Source of the DNA: Tubulanus polymorphus
Lineage: Eukaryota > Animalia > Nemertea
NCBI RefSeq assembly: GCF_964204645.1
Contig: NC_134036.1
Span: 2,914,001 to 2,978,000, forward strand
Direction of reading: 5' to 3'
DNA: 64,000 nt
Below are positions 13,401 to 25,900 of this stretch, one piece after another (the stretch's first letter is position 1; each line of letters opens with the position of its first letter). Both the position numbers and the translations under genes were made by a program. A model generated the notes under the pieces. That model was not told the DNA's origin and did not search any database. It was given only the letters and a program-made list of their open reading frames with translations.

Positions 13401-16384
13401 ACCTTCCTCGTCGAGAACTTCATCTTCGTCTATTTCATCTTCGTAATATCCCGAATCGTACGGCCTGAAATATATTTCACAATACGATGACTTCTCTTCT
13501 ATGACATCCTAACTCGGTAGTGATTCAGACCTCTGGACCCGGTTCCACAGTTGTGAGTTAGAGTTAACTCCGAGTTAAGATTAGTTCATTTTCAATGAGT
13601 CAACTCTTAACACAGAGCCGTGGAACTGGGTCCATGGCATTAATTATCAACTAATTATCTATGATGAGTTCTCCTAGAATAATATAGCAAAACCTACAGT
13701 CGATGATTATTTTTCAGTAAACTTACCTCGTTTCGACGCTGAGGAAATTCGGTAGTTTGACGTAATGTAGATTCGACGTTTTGAAATTCGTGTTGATTTT
13801 CGGAATTTCGACTTCGATTCTAGTTTCGGGAGGCGGACCTTCTTCTTGTGGCTCTTCTTCCGCTTCCTGAAAAACCAGAAAAACACGAAATTAAGACGAA
13901 ACGATTAAAACATCATCAATTAAAGCCATATTTTCATCGTGTTATTTACATTTACATTTTCCGGTTGTTTTTCTTCAGTTTCATTGTCTTCTTTCTCCGA
14001 AGCCGAACTGATGTCGTCTGCGTCACCGAATAAATTCTCCGTCGTCGCTTCTACAAAATCAACAATTAGTTTTAAAATCTCATATTTCAAATTCTCTAAT
14101 CCTCTCTCTCTCCCTTCTCTCTGGCCCTCTCTCCCTTCTCTCTGCCCCTCTCTCTCCCTTCCTCACTACTGCCTCCCCTTACTCTACCCTTACTTCGCCT
14201 CCTAAACCCCTAACACAATTCTCCTAAACCCCTACCACAATTCTAACAGATTCTCTATTTTAGGCTAAAAAATTGATACCCTGTTTCTCGTTTCTGCTGA
14301 GCTTAAAAGTTGACCCAGCCGGCCGCCTATCTACCCTCTATCTACCCTGTACATTACTTATTTTAAAATCATGATCAACCTAATTATAACAGACCGGGCA
14401 ATTATAGAAATGAACTGATTACAAATTCTAATGAGATTCATTAAATGACGCGGCCGATTAGGAGAAACAAGGACTGAAGGTATGATTTTTTTAGCCTTAC
14501 AATAATTTACCGGTGTTTTTAAGATTTTTTACCTCCGTGTTTGTCTTCTGTTCCGCTTTCGTCGTCGTCGCTGAGAATGTGTTTTTTCTTTTTCCGTCCG
14601 ATTTCGCCTTCCGAATCGGAACCTTCTTCACCGGCGCCATCTGTGAATAAAAATACACGCCGTTATTCATTCGATTCGACATCAATCTCTTGAATTCATC
14701 AAGATGACCAGTCTATAAAACTAGGCTCCGGTTGAGGATTTACCCCTAGGGGTAATTTACATAAACATAGATACACAGTTTTTTACCTTTATGACTAGGA
14801 CTTTTAGATTGTGACCGCGACTTCGACCTTGACTTTGACCTAGATCTTGCAGGACTTCCAGATCTCGCTGATCCAGCAGGACTTTGAGGTGATCTGAAAA
14901 ACAGTTTCGATGCTTACTATCACTGTCGGTAAAGTAGATAAGTTCAGCTGCCCATCTATGCTGGTCCTATCAATTAAGACCTTACTGAGCTAGGTCACCC
15001 TACGTCGTCTCAAGCAAAGTTGAAACAGGCTTTAGCTTCACATCCTAATTTAAAGTTTAATCTAAAGCTTACCTTGATCTGGAACGAGGTTGACTTCCCT
15101 CGCGCGGAGAACCGGAATGAGATCTTACAGAACCAGCTGGACTTCCTGATCTCGATCGAGCAGGACTCCCCGATCTGGCCGGACTACCAGATCGGGATCT
15201 CGCGGAACCGGCCGGACTACCTGACTGTGCTGAGCCCGCCGGACTACCAGATCGTGATCGTGCTGAACCTGCTGGACTTCCTGACCTTGATCTGGCTGGA
15301 CTGCCCGACTTAGATCTTGCTGAACCTGCTGGACTGCCTGATCTTGCTGAACCTGCTGGACTGCCTGATCTTGACCTTTGTGAGCCCGCTGGACTACCTG
15401 ATCTAGATCGGGCTGAGCCTGCAGGGCTGCCAGACCTAGCTGATCCAGCAGGGCTTCCAGACCTAGCTGACCCTGCAGGACTCCCTGAGCGAGCAGGACT
15501 TCCAGATCGAGCTGACCCTGCAGGACTCCCTGACCGAGCAGGACTCCCAGATTGGGCTGACCCAGCAGGACTACCAGAGCGAGCTGACCCAGCAGGACTC
15601 CCTGACCGTGCCGGTGACCCAGATCTCGCAGGACTTCCACTACCATTAGGACTTGCGGGAGGACTTCCACTGCCGGCTGGACTTGCTGGCGGACTTGCGC
15701 TGGCAGCTGGACTTGCTTGGGGACTCCCACTACCGGCTGGACTCGCTGGAGGACTTTCTGCTTCACTTTCTGAAAAATCAACACACATTCTAAATCACAT
15801 TACTCATAATTCAGCATTAGAGTAAATGAATAATTTTTTTTGCTGCATCAGGGCCCAGTTCCACAGTTAAGATTTAAGATTTAACTCTTGATTCAAATCA
15901 TTGAAAATGAACTAACTATAGCACAGAGTTAACTCTAACTCACAACTGTGGAACTGGGCCTAGTGTATCTAGTTTTTTAACCTCTACTATCCGTATCTAA
16001 ATGACTCTTAGCTTCAATAAAACATGATGATTGATACTGCTTTGATTTTCTTACCTGACTGCATTTCAACATCTGATTCGTACTGTCCACCTATTTCATC
16101 TGAATCACTGCCCTCATCCTCTGGAGAGAAACAACATAGATTTAGAAATTTGACACTGAAACACTTTCAAACGTTACAAATATAATCAATAACCCTTTAA
16201 AAGTATGATCACCTTGTAATGCTTGTTTGTCCAATTTTTTTATTCATCAAACAAAGCTTGGATTGAATTGATTAGATCAACGGCGATTTTAGAGCCATTT
16301 CGATTATATAAGTCTCGAAATCTCTCCGAAACAAGGCAGAAATAAAATCACATATTTACCGTAATGTCTGAACTGGATGGGCAT
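10472..16384 (-). CDS. LEO1: RNA polymerase-associated protein LEO1 (PAF1 complex), 14 coding exons
   Basis: Hand-spliced GT-AG exons: 16360-16384, 16055-16120, 15073-15769, ~14787-14893, ~14533-14640, ~13956-14050, ~13727-13866, ~13261-13464, ~12676-12810, ~12154-12289, ~11856-11958, ~11537-11622, ~11081-11181, 10472-10606. They encode the Leo1 domain ([16 protein letters not shown]...[20 protein letters not shown]...[25 protein letters not shown]...[37 protein letters not shown]). The start exon (MPIQFRHY) is less certain. Confidence 0.96.
10635..10865. repeat. Short tandem repeat (tctactctggcaagtgactg..., ~27 bp x3, plus a fourth copy at ~10845) in the last LEO1 intron
   Basis: Repeated ctctggcaagtgact motif. 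Confidence 0.8.
10904..11023. mobile_element. MITE-like element (gggtcctatttcat...cgaaaccggaccc), with a partial copy at ~10738-10826
   Basis: Imperfect terminal inverted repeats and an internal sequence duplicated nearby. Confidence 0.5.
11249..11480. mobile_element. hAT-like MITE (caaggttcttacagatc...gatctgtaagaaccctg)
   Basis: 17-bp TIR with one mismatch and internal ttccctga motifs. Intronic. Confidence 0.65.
11691..11800. mobile_element. ~100-110 bp MITE family A, copy 1
   Basis: TIR ggacctgattccac...gtggaactggatcc. Internal ttagttcattttcaatg is shared with 13534-13634 and, reversed, with 15852-15960. Confidence 0.75.
12926..13199. mobile_element. hAT-like MITE (gggtggccact...agtggccaccc)
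   Basis: Perfect 11-bp TIR. Intronic. Confidence 0.6.
13534..13634. mobile_element. MITE family A, copy 2
   Basis: TIR tggacccggttccac...gtggaactgggtcca. Confidence 0.8.
14262..14497. mobile_element. ~220-235 bp MITE family B, copy 1 (others at 60772-60988 and, partial, ~52720-52855)
   Basis: TIR aggctaaaaaa.tgatacc.tgtttctc...gagaaacaagg..tatgattttttt.gcct. Internal gcttaaaagttgaccc and tagaaatgaact are shared. Confidence 0.8.
15852..15960. mobile_element. MITE family A, copy 3 (opposite orientation)
   Basis: TIR ggcccagttccacagtt...aactgtggaactgggcc. Confidence 0.8.
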
Positions 16385-16705
16385 TCTAGATCTGAAAGTA
16401 TTCGCTGATTATTTATTGCGGAAAACGCGAAGTGAACATAAATTTAATTTTAATTGAATTTAACCAGCGGCTATCGACATTACGCGAGGAGTTACTGGGC
16501 CGTACTGTGCACTGAAAGGATTCACTATACATAATTCTAGTGTATTTTATAACTTCATTGTGTAAAGAGTAGATTTTTGATAAATTCTAATTTGGATATT
16601 GAAAAATAATTTACTATTCTAAGCGCATTTTTATTTTTTAAATGATCGCCATTTCGTGTTATCGTTTTGTTCGTGACGGAGCTCTATTCCGACATGGCCG
16701 CCTTT
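16385..16705. promoter_or_regulatory. Probable bidirectional promoter between LEO1 and TLNRD1, with a YY1-type motif (ACATGGCCGCC at ~16692)
   Basis: The LEO1 start is at 16384 (-). A + strand leader exon ends at a gtaagt donor at 16825 and points toward TLNRD1. Confidence 0.5.
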
Positions 16706-18552
16706 ATTTACCCGTATACGCGAAGTCTCGAGAAGGCGTCATCTTTCATCACATCAACAAAGATACGTCAAATATTTTCGATCGCAGCATCCCAAACGAC
16801 TGCAACTAGGATTCAAAAAGCCTTGTAAGTTAAAGTTTCACATTTAAGTGTAGTTTTGACTTAAAAATGTTCGTTGCATTGGCCTTATAGCCAATCAATG
16901 CAATTCTAATCAATCAAATTTTATTCACATTGTTCAATTCATATTCGTTACATCTTAAATTTCATCGAATTTTAGGCGTGCAATTCTCTTCTTCAGTAAT
17001 TATTTATTATTTGCCGAGGTTTTTTCATCAAAACATTTGGATAACAGCTCGTTAAGAATCTGTTCATATGGTGCTGTTGGGGGTCCCACCCTCTCTTGTC
17101 CTGTCCCAGCTGTGCATCAGGGAGTGCCAGTCTCTTCTCAACCTCGCCGTTTTAGCCATTATCCCCCTCTATTGTAAATTGTATTGCCACATCGCTGCTG
17201 GTAGGTATTTTGTCCTGTTGCTACAATTGCTCCTACAGATTTTGAGATAATCCATCATTCCAGCCCCAGCTTCTCCTGGCTTACACCTCGTTTCGAAGAA
17301 ACCCCAAAAATTTGTCATCTGTTCATCTGTTGCAAACAAATTGCTCAAGTCACATAGGCCTACTGTTATCACGGCCATGACCTATGGAATGGTTTGGTAG
17401 TATCCTTATCGCATTAAGTGGGACATGAGTGTGAAATGAGTAATGAGCTCTATTTCAACCATTCCTTCTTGCGATAAGCTTTTAATTCGTCACATGATAA
17501 TTATCGTCATATTTCTTCATTTACAGAGACAGCTAGAAAAAATTGGGCCCTTTGACTACCCCGACTCGAATCTGGTGCAGTTTCAATTGTGTCAATTTTA
17601 TGCAATATAATGCTTTGTCGACTAGAACATCGTCTTTAAAAATCGGAATCTGTTGCGTTTTATGCTGCTTACACTGCCATCGAACAAACTAGTCGAAAGA
17701 TAAAGAGCTTCGAAGATAAAACTTCATCCGAGAATAGAATAGATTCTATTATCTCTGACGGGAGACGAGATTTTTACTCATACGAACAATGTGTGTGGTG
17801 CATTTATACTTGAAAGACATCTTACGTATTTACTGAATTAGACATTTTTTACTCCGATTTAACCCATCTGTGCGTTTACACACAAAACTAGCGTAGACAT
17901 CGCCTGTATTGCTAATCATTAATCTGTATAATCGACTAGATCAGGAAATTAATCATTTGTGAATTTGTGTTCAGTAGTTTTACATCGTTCAGATCTCTCG
18001 TACTGTCAGCAATTTTAACATTGCGTGACCTGGCACTATTTAGTCGTTGATACTGTTGCAGAACTATATGCTAATTTCAATCAGGATTTGAATATGCAAA
18101 TTTACGTAAATTGAGTTTGAGGATTTAGGCAAACTCGTAACTTCGATGATAGGAGTGTGTATGATTGATTGTATATGTGATGAAATCGAATATATTAGAT
18201 TTAGGAGAGAGTTTAGCTCCTATATATGTATGGTCAACGCGCGTGACTGATTACGAAATCGAAAATATTTAAACTTCAAACTATTCGTAGATGCATGTTC
18301 ATGACATTTTCAAGTGTAATCGGTTCGAGCGAAACTGTCATCCGAAATGTCTCTCTGCAGTAGAGAAATTCTAATCATGTACTCGTTATATTGCCAATAA
18401 TTAGCGACCGATCGATATTGTGGTTAATTTGCGTAAATTATTGATTAGCAAGCGCTGTTAATCGGTGTCAATCAAATGAGCATTTAGTTTAGCGCGGTGA
18501 AGACTCGGATACAGTCTACGCGTCTTGTTGTGACCGGATACACTAGGCGGTG

Positions 18553-20120
18553 ATGGTTTGTACGCAAACCGTGGGCATGTCCTCCGTCGCAGCTCGCGAG
18601 GTCGCTTCCACTTGCAACGCGTGTTCATCGCGAGTTCAATCCGTAGCCGAAATGTTGCTACTTACATCCGACATTCGCCCGTTGACCATCGCCGCACAAA
18701 AAGGGGACGACTCCGATACCGGAGCGTTCCGGGACTCGTTCGTGCATTGTCGCGATTGGATCACGTCGCGTACGAAGCGTTTGTTTCTACTAGTCGAATC
18801 GATTGCTGGTCATCTACCCGCCGTCAATCATCAATGGACGGACGTTTGTCGCATTTTGATCGAGATCAACGAATATGTCGTACAAACGACGGAAGCGAGC
18901 AGTCACGCGGCCTATCTCATCGGTTCGAAATATTCAGGCTGCAGACCGGCGATATCCGGATGTGTCGATCGATACGCGGTAACCCGCGCGGGCGTCGACA
19001 TCGCGCATGCGTGTGCGCGTTTGAAATACTCGCCCATCGAACAACTCAACTCGACAGTTCTGATCACGTTCTGTTCCGAGATCACGCGAAATCTCGCCCT
19101 GCTCACCGAGACTTGTCGCCAGGCGAGCGAACGAACGCCCTCTAGCGATGACGCCGAACAGTTTAGATTATGCGTGAAAAGCGTGACGTCGATAGCCACG
19201 TGTTTGTTGGCGAGTGTGAGGAGTTTCCGATTAAACTCATGCGAGAAACTGCACCAAAGATGCGTCGGATTCGCTGACGCTTTGACCACGGCCACTAGCG
19301 GACTGGTGAATTTCGCTACCGAGACGGATTTCATCGGCGAACCTGCATTTTTTACCGGAGAGGCACGAATCGCTCAAAACTCAGTTTTAGGTAAGCGTCA
19401 GTCGGAAACTAGCAACACTAGTAAAATTCTGCAATGGAATCTTCCTTGTCCTCTGTAATGTAAGGAATGTGTAAAATTCTTCGCTGGATTTCGCAAAGCA
19501 GTTTTTTTTCGGGGCGACAGGAAAAAAACTAGCTGGAAACTGTTCATGAAAACCAGCAGGGGATGCAGTTGTTCGAGTTGGTAAAAGGAGTCAGTTAACC
19601 AGTGGATAGTTGACATGGTGACCATTAAAGGTCTATCAATACTATGGTACCTATCCTCAGATTATCTGTTACCAACTTGGGTAACTGATCTCAGCTTTTA
19701 TGAAAACCAATTTGAGCAACTGATCTCAACTAATAGGCCCCTATATGAAATATTAATCAATCTATTCTTTGTTTTCTATTTATTCCAGGAGCGTGTATGA
19801 GTGTCGTATCTTCTTGTGTTCAACTATACCGCTGTGTTCACAGTCTCGCATTTGACAGTAAAAGCCATCGTCATCGAACTCGCGCCGACCTTTGTCTGGG
19901 CTCTCTGACCAAATCGACGAATCGTCTCGACGAATCTTTAGCATCGGCGCGAGTCGTGGACGGCTCCGACAGCGCTGCCAACGCTGCTGCTGCTGGGGAT
20001 GATAGCGTTCTGTCCCGTGGCGGGGAGGACGGGGACGAGATTGTGTCCGAGGAACGGAATGGCGGCGATGGGGCGTCATCGAATCGAAGCAGCGGCAGTT
20101 GGGAATCGTCCGATTCGTAG
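18553..20120 (+). CDS. TLNRD1: Talin rod domain-containing protein 1 (MESDC1), 2 coding exons (18553 or 18577 to 19390; 19789-20120)
   Basis: Motifs C..C..RVQSVAEMLLLTSDIRP, SFVHCRDWITSRTK, SSHAAYL, VDRYAVTR, EQFRLCVKSV, LVNFATE..F.G and, across the intron, SVLG|ACMSVVSSCV match the TLNRD1 family as recalled. AATAAA at ~20195 and ~20772. Confidence 0.92.
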
Positions 20121-20843
20121 CCAACATCGACCACTCATTGAGGTGTTTAAATCGGGAATTGTAGGGATACTATGATAGTTTAATTTAGAAGTGAAATAAA
20201 AATTGTTTGATGTTTTAGAAAAGTGGCATAATGCTTGGACTACGTTATTATTATATGCATGATTTACAATATATTTAGAGATTTTTTTGTGTAAGAATAT
20301 TATGGGAATTATTGTGGTGTTGAATTAAGTTATCGACTTTAGAAGAGAATTAATATAAATGTATGTTAACTGGTAAAAATTGAAAAAAAAGAATGAAATT
20401 CTTTTTGTAAATTGAAGTAATCGATAGATTCGATCTTGTGTCCGGTTTAGTCTTCGTCTATCATGCTGTAAAATTCTACGCGGTCAAGTTTTAGAATACA
20501 GTGGACTCTGTCTATTACTCGATTTTGGTTGATACTGGTAATCATCTACCTCGAGTTGGGGTCAAATACTTAGAATTTGTTGAGAAACTGTAGACTCTGC
20601 CTCTCACTTCGGTAAAGTTGATACTCGTAGAATTCTACCTCGAGTTGTTGGTGTCGAATGCCTAAAACGTTAAGAGTATGCGCAATAGACTCTGTCTCGT
20701 ACCCGGAATAGTTAAAGAATTAATCATCAAGTGATTGTATCAACTGTAATTTGGCATGTTATTTAAAACTGAATAAAAATGATTTGAAAAGTGCAACGTA
20801 ACATGTTATTATATTGTTTTCTGACTCGCGGTGTTGATAGGCG

Positions 20844-20901
20844 GGCGTAGGTCGACTTTGCGATGCAACGGTCGTGTTGCGTCGCAAGGTTGACCTACGC
20901 C
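20844..20901. repeat. 26-bp-arm GC-rich hairpin (mini-MITE or RNA hairpin)
   Basis: GGCGTAGGTCGACTTTGCGATGCAAC-GGTCGT-GTTGCGTCGCAAGGTTGACCTACGCC. Confidence 0.8.
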
Positions 20902-21179
20902 AAGCTTTTAGGCCTACCCCCAGAAGAGCTTGTGTGGAATGCTGTGTGGAAAAGTAATCCCTGTCCTCTGGACAACCTCTGATCTGTTCCTACAAAGGAA
21001 GTTGAAGTCCCCACCTAAAGGCCGACAGTCTTTTTCAAGGGATAGAAAATATGTCCTATAGAAGAGTAAAGGATAAACCGTATGATTATAGGGCAATGTT
21101 AGCAAGGACAGGAAATGTTATGTAAAGGGCGAAAGCAAAAACCCATTAGTGTATGAACGGACAATGCAAAATATATTCG

Positions 21180-21251
21180 TGCGTTCGCCGGGAATCGAAC
21201 CCGGATCCATTGCTTGGAAGGCAACGATGCTAACCTTTACACCACGAACGC
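21180..21251 (-). tRNA. tRNA-Gly, anticodon TCC
   Basis: The reverse complement GCGTTCGTGGTGTAAAGGTTAGCATCGTTGCCTTCCAAGCAATGGATCCGGGTTCGATTCCCGGCGAACGCA folds as a cloverleaf. A T5 Pol III terminator lies at ~21167-21171. Confidence 0.97.
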
Positions 21252-22964
21252 CGCTTGGTTTGACGAGACTAAAATAGAATGCAACTTGTGACAATAGACC
21301 CATGTGTACTACACGATCGCGTAGCGCGGGAGAGCGACTGGCGGATATCAAATAGGTCAGAGTTAGTAACGTACAACGTTACAACGAGCCTCCTCATCGG
21401 CCTCTACAAGGCACGCGGTGATCTTATAAACTTCAACTTTCATTTTAAAAACCCTTAATTTACTTCCAATCATAGCATATATACATGTAGTTAAGGTCAG
21501 CGAGGACGACAAAGCGTGGGCCGATCTCTAAATGAGGTCCAGGCTGGCGGCCACTGATTTTCTTACATTTAAGAGAACCCTCCTATCACTCCTACGTATC
21601 TTCCCGTCTCAACCCTCCTACCATTTCGTTTCAGAATAATGGCCTCTCTCCTCGTGGGCTTTGTCATCTCCGCCGTTAGCAAGATGTCTCACACTGTCCC
21701 CACATACTTCAACAGCGGTCCCGTCAGAGACGCAGATGAAATTCAAAATTGAGGTATTGATTTCTCTGATTCACGAGTTGTTGCATCTTTGGTAAACAGT
21801 TATTTTCAGAGCGTAAATGACAAATGAACTACAAACACCATTGATCAACACTTTTTGGTGCGTAACTGCCACATTATTGCCTGTCTGAGCCGGGGTGGTT
21901 TCATGCTGCATTCATTGGCGCGAATATAATCATTCTGGTTTCCGTAAACCAACTCAAATCAGGATCGTTTAGATAAAAAGAATTCAGGAAACCCCTGGAA
22001 ATGACGTAGTCCTGATTGATTTTCGGGCTCGCTCGGACCGGCTGTCGACGCGAGCAGGGAATATCTCCTAACGTCATGCGTTATAGGCGACATCTGGCAT
22101 TAATACAGTCAAAAAGCAAAAAATCGAACCAAGTTAGAATGACATAGACTTTAACTGCGGTATATCGTGAAATCCATAGACTGTCGCGTAATGTGTTTAA
22201 GGGTTTACAGATGATTTGTGTGATCGACATAATCTACGTGTTTTGTATAGATTTGTGCCGGAGATTGGGTGAACCTCAAGTGAGGATTAAGAGTTTCATA
22301 CATTGTAAATAGCGGACTAGTGTCTTATTTCTTGCAAACTGCGCACCGTCGTGCTAATGTTTTAGGATGATCAACGTTTCGATACGATCTACAAAGAAAG
22401 CAATTAATTTTGATTGATGCCTGAAATTCACCAATAACGGAGAGAGAAGTCTTTTCGAGAAAAGATTAAATGGAATTGGCGAACGTCGACTTTTTGAAAA
22501 CTTTATCTTTAAATTGAGTTGATACATCGGTTCTTCGTGGCCATAAGGTTGGCGAAGGATCCTATTCAAAGATCACATCGATGCGATAGCAATCCCTATG
22601 GATGAAATGCTGTCATAACAGATAAGTAAGGTAAGCAGGCTTTTAACAAATAAACATATATTAGGCACCCACTTCGAAATAGATAAATGCTATTTCAAAT
22701 AAGTAGCGTTGCAGAAGGCCAACTTTCCTAGACGAAAATCCAAACTTAAACTAAATCCCAATTTGAAAATACGTAAAATCATATGTACTGATGTATTGAG
22801 TTACTCTTTAAGGGGGTTTGGTTTATAATTAAAATTATTCCCGTATTCATTTCCAGAAATATATAAAGGACCGAGGGACGCATTCTGGCCAACAAATCTA
22901 AGCGAAATTTCTAATAAGATATCGTGGATTTTTCTTGAACCAGGAACTAGCACGCAGCTCAATA

Positions 22965-25900
22965 ATGGCGAATGTCGGCAAAGCAATGTTTGCAGTGATT
23001 TTATCTATGTTCGTCGCATCGATGCTGGAGCCGGTGTCGCCATCTAGTGAGCACGACGAGAAAATACGTGGTTTGCTTGCCGGCTTGATGAGGCGGTTGA
23101 AACATTCCGGCGATAGTAAAACTACGGACAACTCGAAACCACGTCCAATTTTTAGCATTCTTTCAAACGATCCATCTAAGAACAATGCTATTGAAGTGGC
23201 TGCCGAGAGTCCACCGCGAGAGGAGAGTACGTCAGCTGGCTCAGAAGCTGCTGACGTCGTTTGCACGAACGGGACAACAGCTGTCGACGCAAACGGCACG
23301 ACAATTTGTTCTCGGGTATCCCCTAGCAACACTAGTCAGGCAAATACTTCACAAGATGGCGCTGCGGCGTCGGCCCTCAGAAGCGATAGTCAAGAAGTGG
23401 CCGGCGACAACGCAGTGGAAAATACGTCTTTTGAAAAATTGCTCGGTCAGTATCGGCAACAAGCGCAAAAGGAACTCGCAGACTCAAAAAATAATACCTC
23501 AGAAACGACAGACGATAGTAATGCAGATAAAACAAAGCAGACGGACTCATTGATCACGGCAGATGGTGAAACAACGCATCAGCTTAAAAAAGTACCGACT
23601 CTAGAAGAGCTGTTAGCTGAAATGGCAGAACAGCAATCAGCCTTAGCTGCAGACGAGACAGAGGCTCCACAAACTGGTTCAGATCTGGGGATTTTAGCTT
23701 CAGCTGGCTCAGTGGGAAATTCTGGTGCGTCTGCCGCTGAGGCATCGGCAGGAGATCCTGTTACGTCACAAGGTGAAGAATTTTCACAACAAGAAGCGGT
23801 CCTCGCAACGTCTGACCAGACAGTACCAGATCCCGGAGCATTCCCCGAGACGGCATCAGATCAGGCAGTGGCACAACCAGGAGCAGTCCTCGCAACATCC
23901 GACCAGACAGTGGCGCAAACTGGAGCAGAAGATAAAACATTTGACGAAACAGCAAATGTAGATGTAACTGGAAGTAATGAAGCTCCTCCGGAGAATGTGC
24001 TCCAACCTAATGACCAAACTGCTCCAGCAGCGACAGCTCCAAATATCCAAAATATAACAGCTTCACAATCGGAAACTGCTGAAGAAAAAGTCGCCGAGTT
24101 GATTGGTTCTTTGGTCAATAGAATTGAAAATAATCAATCCGTCTCCGAGCAAACGTTAGATAACAATAGTGAACGTTCGGAAACACCGCCGACGTCATCA
24201 ACATCGAACAACCAATCAACATCGGTGGACGAGAATTCTTCACGACAGCAAAATAAGAAACAGCTGTCAGCCTGGGATAAACTGTACAAAATGCTGACCT
24301 ATAAACACGTTGGTAAAAAGCTGATCAGTGATATACTATCTGATATTGAAAATACCGACGGCAAAACCAGTGCTAGACCTAATACTGATACAGGAAACGT
24401 GACCAACGAATCTTTAGTGAACGGCACGGATGGAAATAGAGCCCCAATGGCTGATGGCACGCTTATAAACAGCAACGATTCAGATTCGACTTCTGGGTTG
24501 TTAGAAAAACCTTCTTCCGATGGTCAAAATGGCACTGTAGATTCCTTAGTGTCTGGTAACGATAGTGGCGTGTTTGCTAGTAACTCTGATGTCATACAGA
24601 ATGACACAGCAAAGGCTGTAGTAGTTGATGACACGTTGGTGGCAGCTTCTGCAACACCTACCGATATCGGTGATAGGGTTTCGGCGGCAAACGGTGCTGA
24701 TAGTTACTCGAACCAACCAGAAACAAATAAACAATCCATTTCTACGAATGTTACAAGTGAGTTTGCAAGCGGAAGCAACTCTTCTGCGGCAACAGTATCT
24801 GTAGCAACGGGTAACGATTCTGTAGCAACCGGGGACAATGGTGGCTCCATAGCAACGAGTATCGAAGGCAACCACACGACCGAAGTAGGAGATAATGTGA
24901 CTTCAACTGTAAATACCACTTTCCAGCCTTCCGATAAGTCAATACATGATGCAATAGAAGATAGTTCACCAAGCAACGATGGTCAAGTGAATGGAAACTT
25001 TCTAGCGAAAGAAATAATTTCACCGAGGACGTTGTCTTCCTACCCCGTCACGCCGACAGCCGAAGGTAGATATATAACAAAAACAACCTGCATTTGACTT
25101 ATTACGTTGACCAACTCATTAATTGTTGAACTGGGGTCTCTTTTAAACTGGGGTCTCTGATGTTGCTTAAAAATGTTTACGTATAATTTCAGATATGAAA
25201 AGCGAAATTCTTCAAATCAATTGGTTACCAATGGTAAGTGTGCCCTTAATTGCCCTTTCTCTGAGGGCAGCAACCACCAAAACCTGGTCACTTTGAAACC
25301 GGCCAATTTGATACTAAATCTCTCTGTGTCTGGGGAAGAGGCCATTGAGGTTGTAAATGCAACAATTGTGTGGAAACCTGCACAAAGTAATGACATAATA
25401 ATTTCATCATCTTTTACTCTGGTTTTATCTATAAGTTAAAACAGTCGGTTACTTGTCAATTAGAGAAATCTCTTTCTCCCGACACACTGAATGATTGTAC
25501 TCGATGTCATTTAGAATTCGGACAATATGTTGCACGATCTGTTCCCGATGATTCTCGCTGTTTCTGCCGCCGTTGTGTTGATCATCGTGGCATACGTCAT
25601 GGTGAAAACGTGTCGCCGAATTCGACGTGTGAAACGCCGCAAAAAACACTCCAACTCCACCAGCGCCTCGTCTCGTAAACCAGCCGGCGCGCGCAACCAG
25701 AAACTCACAGATGACGAACTAAATGTATGTATGTATGCGCTTTAGTTCGTATTCCAGAATAGATGACTGCCCTATATACAAATATAAAAACTATTCCCTA
25801 ATTGATGTGTAGGCTCATGAACAAGACAGGGGTAGATTTAAAGGGTGGTCTCGAGGGTTCGTACCCTTGCCTCCCTCTAGGTTACCATTTTCGTTAAGGA

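Noticed and set aside
15020-15784. Alternative-frame and antisense ORFs over the LEO1 repeat exon
   Set aside because: By-products of the repetitive Ser/Gly/Pro/Ala/Arg codons.
18558-19334. 195-aa overlapping and 140-aa antisense ORFs in TLNRD1
   Set aside because: Shadow ORFs of a GC/CpG-rich coding exon with no recognisable motifs.
22898-25023. Many antisense and alternative ORFs inside the ARMH4-like exon
   Set aside because: Shadow frames of a low-complexity coding exon.
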